A DNA stretch of 64,000 nucleotides. Source: Vicinamibacterales bacterium. GTDB taxonomy: Bacteria > Acidobacteriota > Vicinamibacteria > Vicinamibacterales > UBA8438. Both the position numbers and the translations under genes were made by a program. The notes beneath the pieces are model-generated. The model was not told where the DNA came from. It made no database searches and saw only the letters and a program-made list of their open reading frames with translations. This document shows positions 47,342 to 56,395 of the stretch, one piece after another; within the stretch, counting starts at the first letter, position 1; each line of letters begins with the position of its first letter. The stretch is from the NCBI GenBank assembly GCA_965202655.1, contig CBDBBK010000001.1:1461627-1525626 (forward strand), written 5' to 3'.

Positions 47342-48403
47342 ATGCCGGCAGGACGCGTCGAGGCTGGCGGCGAACGCTCACTTTCCCCGTTTCCCGAGGG
47401 TTGGTACTTCGTTGCCAGCCGCGAATCCATCCTGAAAGCCAAGCTGATGCAAAGGACCTGGATGGGTGAAGAAGTCGTCGCCTGGTGCGACGACGCGGGC
47501 CGCATCGGCGTGGCCGTCGCGGTCTGTCCGCACTTGGGATCCAACCTCGGGCCGGCCAGCGGCGGCCGGGTGCGTGACGGCTGTCTCGTCTGTCCGTTTC
47601 ACGGCTTCGAGTTCGACGTCAGCGGCCAATGTGTCGCCACCCCTTTTGCGGAGCCCCCGAGGACCGCGAGACTGAGAACATTCCCGACGCGGGAGGTCCT
47701 CGGCATGGTCTTCGCCTGGTGGGGGATCGGCGGACGGTCACCACAATGGCATCTTCCCGAAGATCCGCCCACCGGCGACGACTGGTCGGACCTGGGATTC
47801 CGAACCCTGCGGTTTGCCGGGCACCCGCAGGAAACCACCGAGAACAGCGTGGACCTGGCACACCTGCGGTACGTGCACGGCTACGGCAACGTGGACCGGG
47901 TCGAACCGGTATCGGTGGAGGGCCCCCGTCTCAGGAGTCGCTTCGACTTCCGGCGCACCCGAACCATCGCCGGGTTCATCGAAACCGTATTCGACGTGTC
48001 CGCCACCGCCTGCATACTTGGGATGGGCTACTCGCTCGTGCAGATTCGCGAGCACACCATTGGAATGGACGCCCGTATGTGGGTGCTGGCAACACCCGTC
48101 GACGGCACCCGCATCGACATGGTGCTGGTCAGCCAGATACGGAAGATCCGTAGACCGAAACGGCCGATCGTCGGCCTGCGGTTCCTTCCGGTGAGCCTGA
48201 GAACCAAGCTCATGAACCAGATCATCCTGTCCACGCAGAAGAAGGACGTTCTGCAGGATGTGGTGATCTGGGAGCGGAAGCGGTATCGGCCCGTCCCGGC
48301 GCTGTGTCGTTCCGACGGCGAGATCGGCCTGTACCGACGTTATTGCAGACAGTTCTATCCAGACCCGCGGGATTCCGGTCAGGCCGAAGCCGCCACGGTG
48401 TAG
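47342..48403 (+). CDS. Rieske [2Fe-2S] non-heme iron oxygenase, alpha-subunit-only type (KshA/PaO-like)
   Basis: CPHLGSNL...CLVCPFHG (CxH...CxxH). ETTENSVDLAHLRYVH (E-x3-D-x2-H-x4-H mononuclear iron motif). Start ambiguous: ATG 47342 or GTG 47312. Confidence 0.8.
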   Translation: MPAGRVEAGGERSLSPFPEGWYFVASRESILKAKLMQRTWMGEEVVAWCDDAGRIGVAVAVCPHLGSNLGPASGGRVRDGCLVCPFHGFEFDVSGQCVATPFAEPPRTARLRTFPTREVLGMVFAWWGIGGRSPQWHLPEDPPTGDDWSDLGFRTLRFAGHPQETTENSVDLAHLRYVHGYGNVDRVEPVSVEGPRLRSRFDFRRTRTIAGFIETVFDVSATACILGMGYSLVQIREHTIGMDARMWVLATPVDGTRIDMVLVSQIRKIRRPKRPIVGLRFLPVSLRTKLMNQIILSTQKKDVLQDVVIWERKRYRPVPALCRSDGEIGLYRRYCRQFYPDPRDSGQAEAATV

Positions 48404-48516
48404 GGAGCGTGCACTATCAGGCCCCCCCACCGCTTGACGCGTCGCCGACCATTAGAATACATAGTGCCCCGGCAAGTCCTCCACCGCGAGCCGTCCGACC
48501 CTAGAATGGTGAATCA

Positions 48517-50538
48517 ATGACCGTTGCCGTGCAGTCTCCGATACGCCTTGCCGAAGAGCTGATTCTCCTAATGCTCGACGAGCAGAGCGGCTATTTGGAA
48601 ATGGTGCCGGGCTGGGATTTCTCCTGCGTCATGGCCGGGGCCGTACTCGCCGATCTGGCGCTGGAGGATCGCATCGACACCGACTTGAACACCCTGTATG
48701 TGGTGGATCCAAGCCCGACCGGAGACGACCTGCTCGACCCCGCGCTCAAGGAGATCGCCGAATCCCAGGAGAAGTCGGACGCTCAGTACTGGATTGAGCG
48801 GAACACGAACCGATCCAATGAAGTCGTCGCCGCCACGCTCGACAGGCTGGTGGAGAGGAAGATCCTCGACTACCAGAGCGGTGGTTTCTGGGGACTCTCG
48901 CGCTCCGTTTCACGTACGGGAACCTACCCGACCTCCGACGTTCAGGTCCGTCGCGAAGCCAAGCAGAGAATCCTGAACGTCATCCTGAACGACGTCATTC
49001 CCGACCCGCGCGACGCCATCCTCATCGCCCTGATGCACACGTGCGGCGGCTTCAAGCTGGTGCTTGAGCAGGAAGACTACGACGAGAAACTCGAACGGAT
49101 CGAGATGCTCGCCAGGCTCGATCTGATAGGGCGGACGGTTGCCGACGCGGTGAAGGACAGCACCGCCAAACCGAAATCCCGGCGTGCCGTGCAGACCAAG
49201 CCCATCCCCAGGCTTGGATACCTCGACATACTGCGGCAACCCGGCTTTCGCACCGGCAACATCGCGAAGGGACTGTACGGCATCTTCCAAGAGCATGGGC
49301 CGGTCGTCCGGATGCCCTTCAAGATGCGCAAGGCGCCGGTAATCGCCCTGTTGGGCGCCGAGACCAACCAGTGGCTCAACCGGCACGGGCGTTTCTTCGT
49401 TCGCTCCAAGGACTATATCCAGGATCTCGAGCGCGCCTTCGGCGCCACCCGAACGCTGCCCGGCCTGGACGGCTCCGAACACTACAAGATGCGCAAGTCG
49501 CTGCAGAGCGCCTATTCCCGCGCCGCGCTTGCGGATCGCCTGCCTGAGCTGATCCATCACTGCCGAGCCTCGCTGAAGCAATGGAACGAGGGCGACGTCT
49601 TCGTCGCATCTCCTAGTTTCAAGAAGCACATCAGCCGTCAGATTTCCCATCTGATGATCGGCGTGGACTGCCGGGATTACGTCGATGAACTGCTCGAATA
49701 TGAACACCGCGCGCTCATAACGCAGGTGACCGGCGTCCTGCCGCAGTTCATGCTCAAAACGCCCAGGATGAGGCGCTACCGGAAGCGGATCCGTGAACTT
49801 CAGGACGCGATAACCTCGTCGCACACGCCCGCCCAGCGGAAGGGAAAGCCGCCGGATCTGGCCGATGCAATCCTCGAACTCCACAAGAACGACCCCCTGT
49901 TCCTGCCGGAGACCGACATTACCTTTCCGTTTGTCGCGTCAATGGTCGCCAGCATCTATCTCGGCAGCGGAGTCGCTTTCGCGGTCTATTCCATGGCCCG
50001 GCGCCCGGAACTTTACGAGCAGGTCCATCGAGAGGCGGAAGCGCTCTTCGGCGGCGGACGTAAACCGGAGGCCGAAGAGTTCAATCTGGACAACATCGAC
50101 GTCACCCACCGCCTCTGCCTGGAGTCGGGGCGCCTGTACCCGGTCATTCCCTGGCAGTTGAGAACGGTCATGAACGAATGCGTCGTGAGTGGTTTCCAAA
50201 TACCGCCGAAGACTCACCTGCTGGTTTGCCAAACCGCGACCCACTATAACGAGAATCACTTCAGGGACCCGCTCGAATTCGACATAGACCGCTATCTGCC
50301 GGACCGTGCGGAACATACAGCCCCCGGCGCCTATGCTCCCTGGGGCCTGGGGACGCACACCTGCCTGGGAAACCGGTGGGTGGAGCTTCAGATGGCGGTC
50401 AACGTCCTGCTCATCGCTTACCACCTGAAGCTGGAAGTGACCCCGGCGGACTACAGGATGCGAATGAACCCGTTCCCGACCGCTTCCCCCGACAAGCGGT
50501 TGAAGTTCCGGGTCGCGGAAGTCACGAATCCGATCTGA
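48517..50538 (+). CDS. fusion protein: N-terminal GPP34/GOLPH3-like domain (~aa 1-215) + cytochrome P450 domain
   Basis: - N-terminus: LAEELILLMLDEQSGYLEMVPGWDFSCVMAGAVLADLALEDRIDTD...DDLLDPALKEI...VAATLDRLVERKIL.
- C-terminus: CLESGRLYP (ExxR), FRDPLEFDIDRY and YAPWGLGTHTCLGNRW (Cys ligand loop). Confidence 0.75.
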   Translation: MTVAVQSPIRLAEELILLMLDEQSGYLEMVPGWDFSCVMAGAVLADLALEDRIDTDLNTLYVVDPSPTGDDLLDPALKEIAESQEKSDAQYWIERNTNRSNEVVAATLDRLVERKILDYQSGGFWGLSRSVSRTGTYPTSDVQVRREAKQRILNVILNDVIPDPRDAILIALMHTCGGFKLVLEQEDYDEKLERIEMLARLDLIGRTVADAVKDSTAKPKSRRAVQTKPIPRLGYLDILRQPGFRTGNIAKGLYGIFQEHGPVVRMPFKMRKAPVIALLGAETNQWLNRHGRFFVRSKDYIQDLERAFGATRTLPGLDGSEHYKMRKSLQSAYSRAALADRLPELIHHCRASLKQWNEGDVFVASPSFKKHISRQISHLMIGVDCRDYVDELLEYEHRALITQVTGVLPQFMLKTPRMRRYRKRIRELQDAITSSHTPAQRKGKPPDLADAILELHKNDPLFLPETDITFPFVASMVASIYLGSGVAFAVYSMARRPELYEQVHREAEALFGGGRKPEAEEFNLDNIDVTHRLCLESGRLYPVIPWQLRTVMNECVVSGFQIPPKTHLLVCQTATHYNENHFRDPLEFDIDRYLPDRAEHTAPGAYAPWGLGTHTCLGNRWVELQMAVNVLLIAYHLKLEVTPADYRMRMNPFPTASPDKRLKFRVAEVTNPI

Positions 50539-50550
50539 GGTCTCCCGCCG

Positions 50551-51927
50551 TTACGCCTTCCTGAAGCGCCACCCATACATCGTCCGCCCGTAGAAGTTGA
50601 ACCACTTCCTGGCTTCGGAATCCCGGAACGGGTAGTCCGCGCCGATTTGCCTGGCCGTGACGAGGCCGGTCACGAAGCAGGTCTCCTGGCTGTTGACCAG
50701 CGTGTGGGCGCCGCAGTGCCACGTGCGCCGCCTGCCCTGAATGAAGCGGAAGAGCTGGACCAGCAACGTCACGTGACGCACGTCGTGCACGATGTGCTGA
50801 AACCACCACCGCTTGACGATCTTGTCTTCGTCGATACGGCTGATCGGATTGTAGGTCACCAGGCACGGCTTGTCCGATCCGTGCGCCCAGGGCTGCTGGT
50901 TGTGCATGATGTACGTGAGTTCGTAGTTGTCCGGTCTCACGCCGTACTGCTCGATGTGGTTACTCCGGGTGGCGAGCGGCTCGACCTCGTTGTCCGGGAG
51001 CACCGAGGCGTCCGAATGGACCACCGTATGGTTGTGCAGTTCGCTCTCGTAACGTACCGAGGATAGAAGCCAGCTCTCCAGCAGGGTCGGCTGGTCCAGG
51101 AGCATCAGCGTCTGATTCGCGTTGCACGCGAAGACGACTTCGTCAAACGTCTCCGTCGCTCCGTTCTCGTCCTCCACGACTACCTCGGCGGAGCGCCGGT
51201 ACACCTTTCGCACCGGGCGATCGAGATAGATCTTGTCCCGAAAGCCAGCCGACATTTCTTCGTAAATGCGCCGCGTGCCCCGGTCCCAGGTCCGCATCGG
51301 GGTGGCGGTTTCGATGTCGAAGAACTCCAGGTACCGCGCAAACAGGGACGCGGGCATGTCGAAGACGTTGGTGGCCATCAGGAAATTGACGAACATGGGT
51401 TTCAGGATCTTGTATCTGAAATCACCCGAGAACCTGCCCATATTGAGAACGGCGCCCATGCTGACGTAATTGAACGGGTTGAGGGCGTTCAGCAGCCTGG
51501 ACCTGGACCGGTTGAGACGGCCGAACCACTTCAGGCGTCTCAGCAGCTTCTGGAATCTCCGGATTTCCGGCTGTAATTGCCTCCTGATGTCGGAGTCGAA
51601 GTCGTGAGCATAGATACCGCCGCGGTACTTCACGCTGTAGTTGAACCTGGTATCGACGAGTTCGATACCGTGCTGCTCCAGGAACAGCAGAATGTGGTGG
51701 TATACGGAGGGAATGCACGCGGTGACGGAAATATCGAACGGAATCGTCGTTCCGTCGTCCTGCGGCATGTCGGCCGTCACCGCGTTGCCGCCGAGCCGGG
51801 AATGCCCTTCGAACAATCGAAAATCGAATCGATCGGGATGATGATGGAGCGCCCAGGCCGTCCCGAGCCCCGAGACTCCGCCACCAACGATCGCAACCCT
51901 TCTAGGCAGCGCCGCACCTCGCTTCAA
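50551..51927 (-). CDS. NAD(P)/FAD-binding oxidoreductase (amine-oxidase-like, COG2907-type)
   Basis: RVAIVGGGVSGLGTAWAL...RLFEGHSRLGGNA (Rossmann GxGxxG + hxhxE..xxGG). Convergent with the P450 gene, with a 12-nt gap. Confidence 0.7.
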   Translation of the reverse strand: MKRGAALPRRVAIVGGGVSGLGTAWALHHHPDRFDFRLFEGHSRLGGNAVTADMPQDDGTTIPFDISVTACIPSVYHHILLFLEQHGIELVDTRFNYSVKYRGGIYAHDFDSDIRRQLQPEIRRFQKLLRRLKWFGRLNRSRSRLLNALNPFNYVSMGAVLNMGRFSGDFRYKILKPMFVNFLMATNVFDMPASLFARYLEFFDIETATPMRTWDRGTRRIYEEMSAGFRDKIYLDRPVRKVYRRSAEVVVEDENGATETFDEVVFACNANQTLMLLDQPTLLESWLLSSVRYESELHNHTVVHSDASVLPDNEVEPLATRSNHIEQYGVRPDNYELTYIMHNQQPWAHGSDKPCLVTYNPISRIDEDKIVKRWWFQHIVHDVRHVTLLVQLFRFIQGRRRTWHCGAHTLVNSQETCFVTGLVTARQIGADYPFRDSEARKWFNFYGRTMYGWRFRKA

Positions 51928-51969
51928 ATGCGCGATCCTGCACGCGCGGAGACTTCGTCGGGGGTCTGG

Positions 51970-54900
51970 TCACACGGCCACTGCCGCGAAGCTACGTGAA
52001 TTGGCACGCAAGTGGACGGCCATCAGCGCCGGCACCAGCAACATCAGTATCCCGGTCGAAATCATGATGCCGACGCCGAGCGCCGCAGCGAACGGGACCA
52101 GGAACTGCGCCTGTATCGACCGTTCGAGAATGAGCGGCGTGAACCCGAGGAAGGTGGTCAACGAGGTTAGCAGGATGGGACGGAAGCGCCCCTTGGCGCC
52201 CTCGACGATAGCCCGCTTCGGAGTGGCGCCCTCCCTGAGCCGTTGGTCGATGAAGTCAAGCATGACCAGCGAGTCGTTGACGACGACACCGCTGAGCCCG
52301 AAGAAGCCCAGGAACGAGGCGGCGCTCATGGGGATGCCGAGCACGAAGTGGCCGAGGACGACGCCGATGAGGCCGAACGGAATGATCGACATCACGATGA
52401 ACGGCTTGCCATAGGACCTCAGGGGAATGGCCAACAGCGCGAAGATTGCCAACATGGCGAGTGCGAAGCCTCGGTACAGAGCATCCAGTGACTGGAGTTG
52501 CTGCTGCTGTTCGCCACCGAAAGAGAAGGTCAACTCGGGATTATCGACGGTGAGTTGCGCAAGGACCGTCTCTTCGAGAATCGCATTCGCTTCCCCGCTC
52601 GAGATGGCGGTCTCGTCCACGTCCGCCGTCACCGTGACGACGCGCTGACCGTCCTCGCGCCGGACCAGCGGCGGCGAGGTTCCCATCTTCATCGATGCCG
52701 CCTGGCTGATGGGTACGTCGCCTCCCGAACGGGTGTGGATCAGGTAGCCCTCGACATCCGTGATCGCATCGCGCTCGTCGTCAGGCAGTCGCGCGTAGAC
52801 CCGGACTTCTTCCCGGCCGCGTTGCAGCCTCAGGGTCTCCACACCGAAAAATGCGGCCCGCACCTGCCGTGCCAGTTCCTCGACCGTCAGGCCGAGCGTT
52901 CGCGCCTCCGGCCGCAACTCCAACTGAATCTCGCCGATACCCGGCGCATGATCGGACCGGACATCGAACACGCCCGCGACGCCGCGCAGGCCGTCGACCA
53001 CCGAGTCCGCGATTGATGCCACTCGCTCCGGGTCCGGATGCGACAGAACTACATGGACAGGACTGCCGAGATTGATGACTTCTCCGCTGAAGGCAATCCC
53101 CCGAACGTAGGGCAAGACTCCGACTTCCTCCCGCCAGGCCTGCATCACGGCGATGGTGGACATGTCCCTCTGTTGGGAACTCAGCAGCTTGAATTCGATG
53201 GTGGCGATATTCGCTTCCGGGTTCATCGTGGGGGTCGGGTCAAGCCCTCCTCCCTCCACGCGGGCTCTCTGGCCGACGGTTACCGTCACGCCCGACAGCA
53301 ACGAAGGGGCGCCCGGCGGTCTTTCCTGGTCCAGGCCCTCCAGAACTCGCCGACCCGCACCCTCCAGTTCCATCGCCACCTCGTAGGTCCGCTCGGCGGG
53401 TGTTCCGTCCGGCATCTCGAGGGTGGCAGTGACGAAGTCGCCCTCCACGACGGGGGCGAAAGACGTCTGCACTATTCCTGCAGGTACCAGGGAAAGGCTG
53501 ACGACGAACAGGCCGACGATCCCCGCCATCACGATGACGGGATGATCCGTCGAGAAGCGCAGGCCTCGATGCAGGGGGCCGTTCACGAATCCCTCCAGCC
53601 CCCGATCCACGTAGTGCCGGATGGCTGCGAAGAACCGATCCACCATGCTGGTCGGCACCCAATCCGGCCCAGGGATATGGGACAGGTGGTTCGGCAGTAT
53701 CAGGAGCGCTTCGATGAGGGAGATCAGAAGCATGCCGATGAGGATCACCGGCAGCGCGCCCCACACTTCTCCGATGCCGCCGGGAATGAAGAGCAGGGGC
53801 GTGAACGCAGCCACCGAAGTCAAGACCGCGAATGTCAACGGATTCTTGATCCGTCGTGCGCCCCGGATCGCCGCGACGACCCCCGACACACCCCGCTTGC
53901 GTTCGTAGTGGACGTGTTCGCCGACGACAATGGCGTCGTCGACGATGATGCCAACAGCCAGGACGAAGGCGAATAGCGAAATGGTGTTGATGGCGAGGTC
54001 GAACACCAGCATGACGGCCAGCGTTCCGACGCCGGACACGAGCAGGCCGAGGACAACCCACAACGCAAGCCGTATCTCAAGGAACAGAGCCAGGGAGATA
54101 AACACCAGGAGAAGTCCGAGAACCCCGTTCTTGGCGAGGATGTCGGCCCGCTCCGAGTAGGTCTGCGAGTCGTCGTTCCAGATAGTGATCCCGACGTCAT
54201 CGGGCAACGAGGGAATGATGACGTTCGCCGTATGTTCGTGTACGGCCTCGGCAACATCCATCACCTGCTCGCCGTCGGCCAGGAAGACCTCAACGAAAAC
54301 CGCCGGGTGACCCTCGTGCCGGACGATCAGGTCAGAGTCCTGAAAGGCGTCACGTACTTCGGCAATGTCCCCGAGGCGCACGACCGTGCCGTCGTTCCGT
54401 GCGAGGACTACGATCTCCTCGAAGTCGAGCTGATCGTAGCTCTGGCCGATGGTACGAACGCGCACCTGGGCGCCTTCCGTATCGATACTGCCGGCCGAAA
54501 GGTCGAGGGAACTGCGGCGGACCGCACTCGCGATGTCGTCGAGCGTTATCCCCAGGGCGCGCAGACGGACGAGCGGCACTTCGATTGAGATCTCGTAGTT
54601 TCTCGTCCCGGTCGTCTCGACATGGGAGACATCCGGCAGCGCACTCAGACTGTCCTCGAACTGGTGGGCCAACTCCTTGAGCGATCGCTCGGGGATATCG
54701 CCATACACGACCAGACGGATCATGCTGGTGCGGTTGTCCATCTCCCTGAACTGGGGACGCTCGGCCGCACCGGGAAACGACTGGATGCGAGCGACCGAGG
54801 ACTGGACCTCGTCCATGGCCTCGCTGATATCGGTGCCGGTCTTCAGTTCGACCCTCACGGATGCCAGCCCCGGGGCCGCCAGGGATTTGACCGCGCTGAC

Positions 54901-55167
54901 ATCCTGCAGCGCCTCGACCTGCTCCTCGATCTTGACGATGATCGACTCCTCCACCTCCTCGGGCGTGGCGCCGGGATAGACCATCGACACTTCGATGGTA
55001 TTGAACGGAACCGTTGGCCACGCTTGCCGTTCGAGCGCGCCCAGTGCTACCAGGCCGGCCGCCAGGATGCCGAACATCAACAGATTGGCGGCGACGCGGT
55101 TGCTCGCCATGTAGGCGATGGGTCCGCCCGGCTCTCCGTGTTGGGCGTCGGTCTGACTCGGGCTCAC
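51970..55167 (-). CDS. RND efflux transporter permease (AcrB/AcrD/AcrF family)
   Basis: 1065 aa with a 12-TM pattern. IAYMASNRVAANLLMFGILAAGL, IVDDAIVVGE and VVNDSLVMLDF. The GTG start overlaps the MFP stop (GTGA). Confidence 0.9.
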   Translation of the reverse strand: MSPSQTDAQHGEPGGPIAYMASNRVAANLLMFGILAAGLVALGALERQAWPTVPFNTIEVSMVYPGATPEEVEESIIVKIEEQVEALQDVSAVKSLAAPGLASVRVELKTGTDISEAMDEVQSSVARIQSFPGAAERPQFREMDNRTSMIRLVVYGDIPERSLKELAHQFEDSLSALPDVSHVETTGTRNYEISIEVPLVRLRALGITLDDIASAVRRSSLDLSAGSIDTEGAQVRVRTIGQSYDQLDFEEIVVLARNDGTVVRLGDIAEVRDAFQDSDLIVRHEGHPAVFVEVFLADGEQVMDVAEAVHEHTANVIIPSLPDDVGITIWNDDSQTYSERADILAKNGVLGLLLVFISLALFLEIRLALWVVLGLLVSGVGTLAVMLVFDLAINTISLFAFVLAVGIIVDDAIVVGEHVHYERKRGVSGVVAAIRGARRIKNPLTFAVLTSVAAFTPLLFIPGGIGEVWGALPVILIGMLLISLIEALLILPNHLSHIPGPDWVPTSMVDRFFAAIRHYVDRGLEGFVNGPLHRGLRFSTDHPVIVMAGIVGLFVVSLSLVPAGIVQTSFAPVVEGDFVTATLEMPDGTPAERTYEVAMELEGAGRRVLEGLDQERPPGAPSLLSGVTVTVGQRARVEGGGLDPTPTMNPEANIATIEFKLLSSQQRDMSTIAVMQAWREEVGVLPYVRGIAFSGEVINLGSPVHVVLSHPDPERVASIADSVVDGLRGVAGVFDVRSDHAPGIGEIQLELRPEARTLGLTVEELARQVRAAFFGVETLRLQRGREEVRVYARLPDDERDAITDVEGYLIHTRSGGDVPISQAASMKMGTSPPLVRREDGQRVVTVTADVDETAISSGEANAILEETVLAQLTVDNPELTFSFGGEQQQQLQSLDALYRGFALAMLAIFALLAIPLRSYGKPFIVMSIIPFGLIGVVLGHFVLGIPMSAASFLGFFGLSGVVVNDSLVMLDFIDQRLREGATPKRAIVEGAKGRFRPILLTSLTTFLGFTPLILERSIQAQFLVPFAAALGVGIMISTGILMLLVPALMAVHLRANSRSFAAVAV

Positions 55168-56387
55168 GGCGCGCCTCCGGGATCCATACGAACCGGCATA
55201 CCCTCGGTTGCCACCTGGATTCCACCGACGACGACTGCCTGGCCCGCATCGAGCTCGCCGGTCAGGAACACCTCGTCATCCGACCGCTGCAGGACGTCCA
55301 CCGGAACAATGTGCACCAGGTCGTTGCGCACCGCCCAGACTTCGTTTCCCGGCCTGAGAGCCGCCCGACGCACCCTGAAGTACTCGTCCGGAGCGATTCC
55401 GTCGATTTCAACTTCCACGAACTTGCCGACGAGCAGCGGCGGACCGGCGTGGCCCCCGGTTTCGACGCCAGCGGCCGCACTTATCGATGAACCTCCCGCG
55501 AACGGTTCCGGGACGCGCACGATCACGTCGATCGTGCGCGTCAGCTCGTCGAGGGCCGTCTCGGCCCGGTCCACGTAGCCTGCCCACGTGTAGTGCGCGT
55601 CGCCGTACTCGGCGGTCACACGTACCGGCACCTGACGGTCGGCACTGCCGGCTTCGAGCTCCCACAGGCCCGGGATGAGTGCCGCGCCGGCGTCAGACAA
55701 CGGAACCACCACCTCCACCGCGTCGGCAGCATAGAGGCGTCCCACACCCTGGCCGGCCGTCACGAACTGGCCCACGTCCAGCGATTCCTCGAGGACGACG
55801 CCCGTAAAGGGCGCATGGACTTCGGTCCGTGACAAGGCCAGCTCGGCCTCCGCCAGCACCGCGCGGTTTCTGGCCAGCACCGCCTCGGCGGCTTCCATCT
55901 GCGGTTCCCACAGCGCCAGGGGACTGGTCTCGGCGACGGACGCGCCCTCTTCCCGCAGACTTCTGAAGCGTTCGTACTGGGACCGCGCGACCCGGGCTTC
56001 TTCCGTTACCCGCAGTACCTCAACCTCCTGGACGGCCACGCTCGCCCGCGCCTGCTCTACCGCGTTGCTGTAGTCAGCGTCATCGATGCGAAAGAGCAAC
56101 TGGCCCTCGTCCACCCGCCCCCCGCTTTGGAAGGTCGGGTCGACCCACACGACCCGGCCGGTGATCTCGGCCGCTACGTCCACTTCGGCGCGCGGGCGAA
56201 CCGTGCCCGCTCCGTAGACGGGAATGGAACCGGCGCCGGCAACCACAGGCGCCGTGGTCGCGAACGGAATGCGCGACGGGACCTCCTGGCGGGCAGGCTC
56301 GGGCCTGCCGGAAACCAGAACCCAGGCCACACCCGCGGACCCCGCGAGGATGGCGACGACCACGGCGGCGCTGACTAGTCTGTTCAT
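55164..56387 (-). CDS. RND efflux periplasmic adaptor (membrane fusion protein)
   Basis: Start ATG 56387 (MNRLVSAAVVVAILAGSAGVAWVL). GRVVWVDPTFQSGGRVDEGQLLFRIDDADY. Coiled-coil hairpin region. APFTGVVLEESLDVGQFV. Confidence 0.85.
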   Translation of the reverse strand: MNRLVSAAVVVAILAGSAGVAWVLVSGRPEPARQEVPSRIPFATTAPVVAGAGSIPVYGAGTVRPRAEVDVAAEITGRVVWVDPTFQSGGRVDEGQLLFRIDDADYSNAVEQARASVAVQEVEVLRVTEEARVARSQYERFRSLREEGASVAETSPLALWEPQMEAAEAVLARNRAVLAEAELALSRTEVHAPFTGVVLEESLDVGQFVTAGQGVGRLYAADAVEVVVPLSDAGAALIPGLWELEAGSADRQVPVRVTAEYGDAHYTWAGYVDRAETALDELTRTIDVIVRVPEPFAGGSSISAAAGVETGGHAGPPLLVGKFVEVEIDGIAPDEYFRVRRAALRPGNEVWAVRNDLVHIVPVDVLQRSDDEVFLTGELDAGQAVVVGGIQVATEGMPVRMDPGGAP

Positions 56388-56395
56388 CGGTTGCG

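Noticed and set aside
48434-48508. TTGACG (48434-48439) with TAGAAT (48453-48458), and a second TAGAAT about 9 nt upstream of the P450 ATG, as a possible promoter for the GPP34-P450 gene.
   Set aside because: The spacer between TTGACG and the first TAGAAT is only 13 nt, which is incompatible with a sigma70-type promoter. The second TAGAAT has no convincing -35. This was too weak to annotate.
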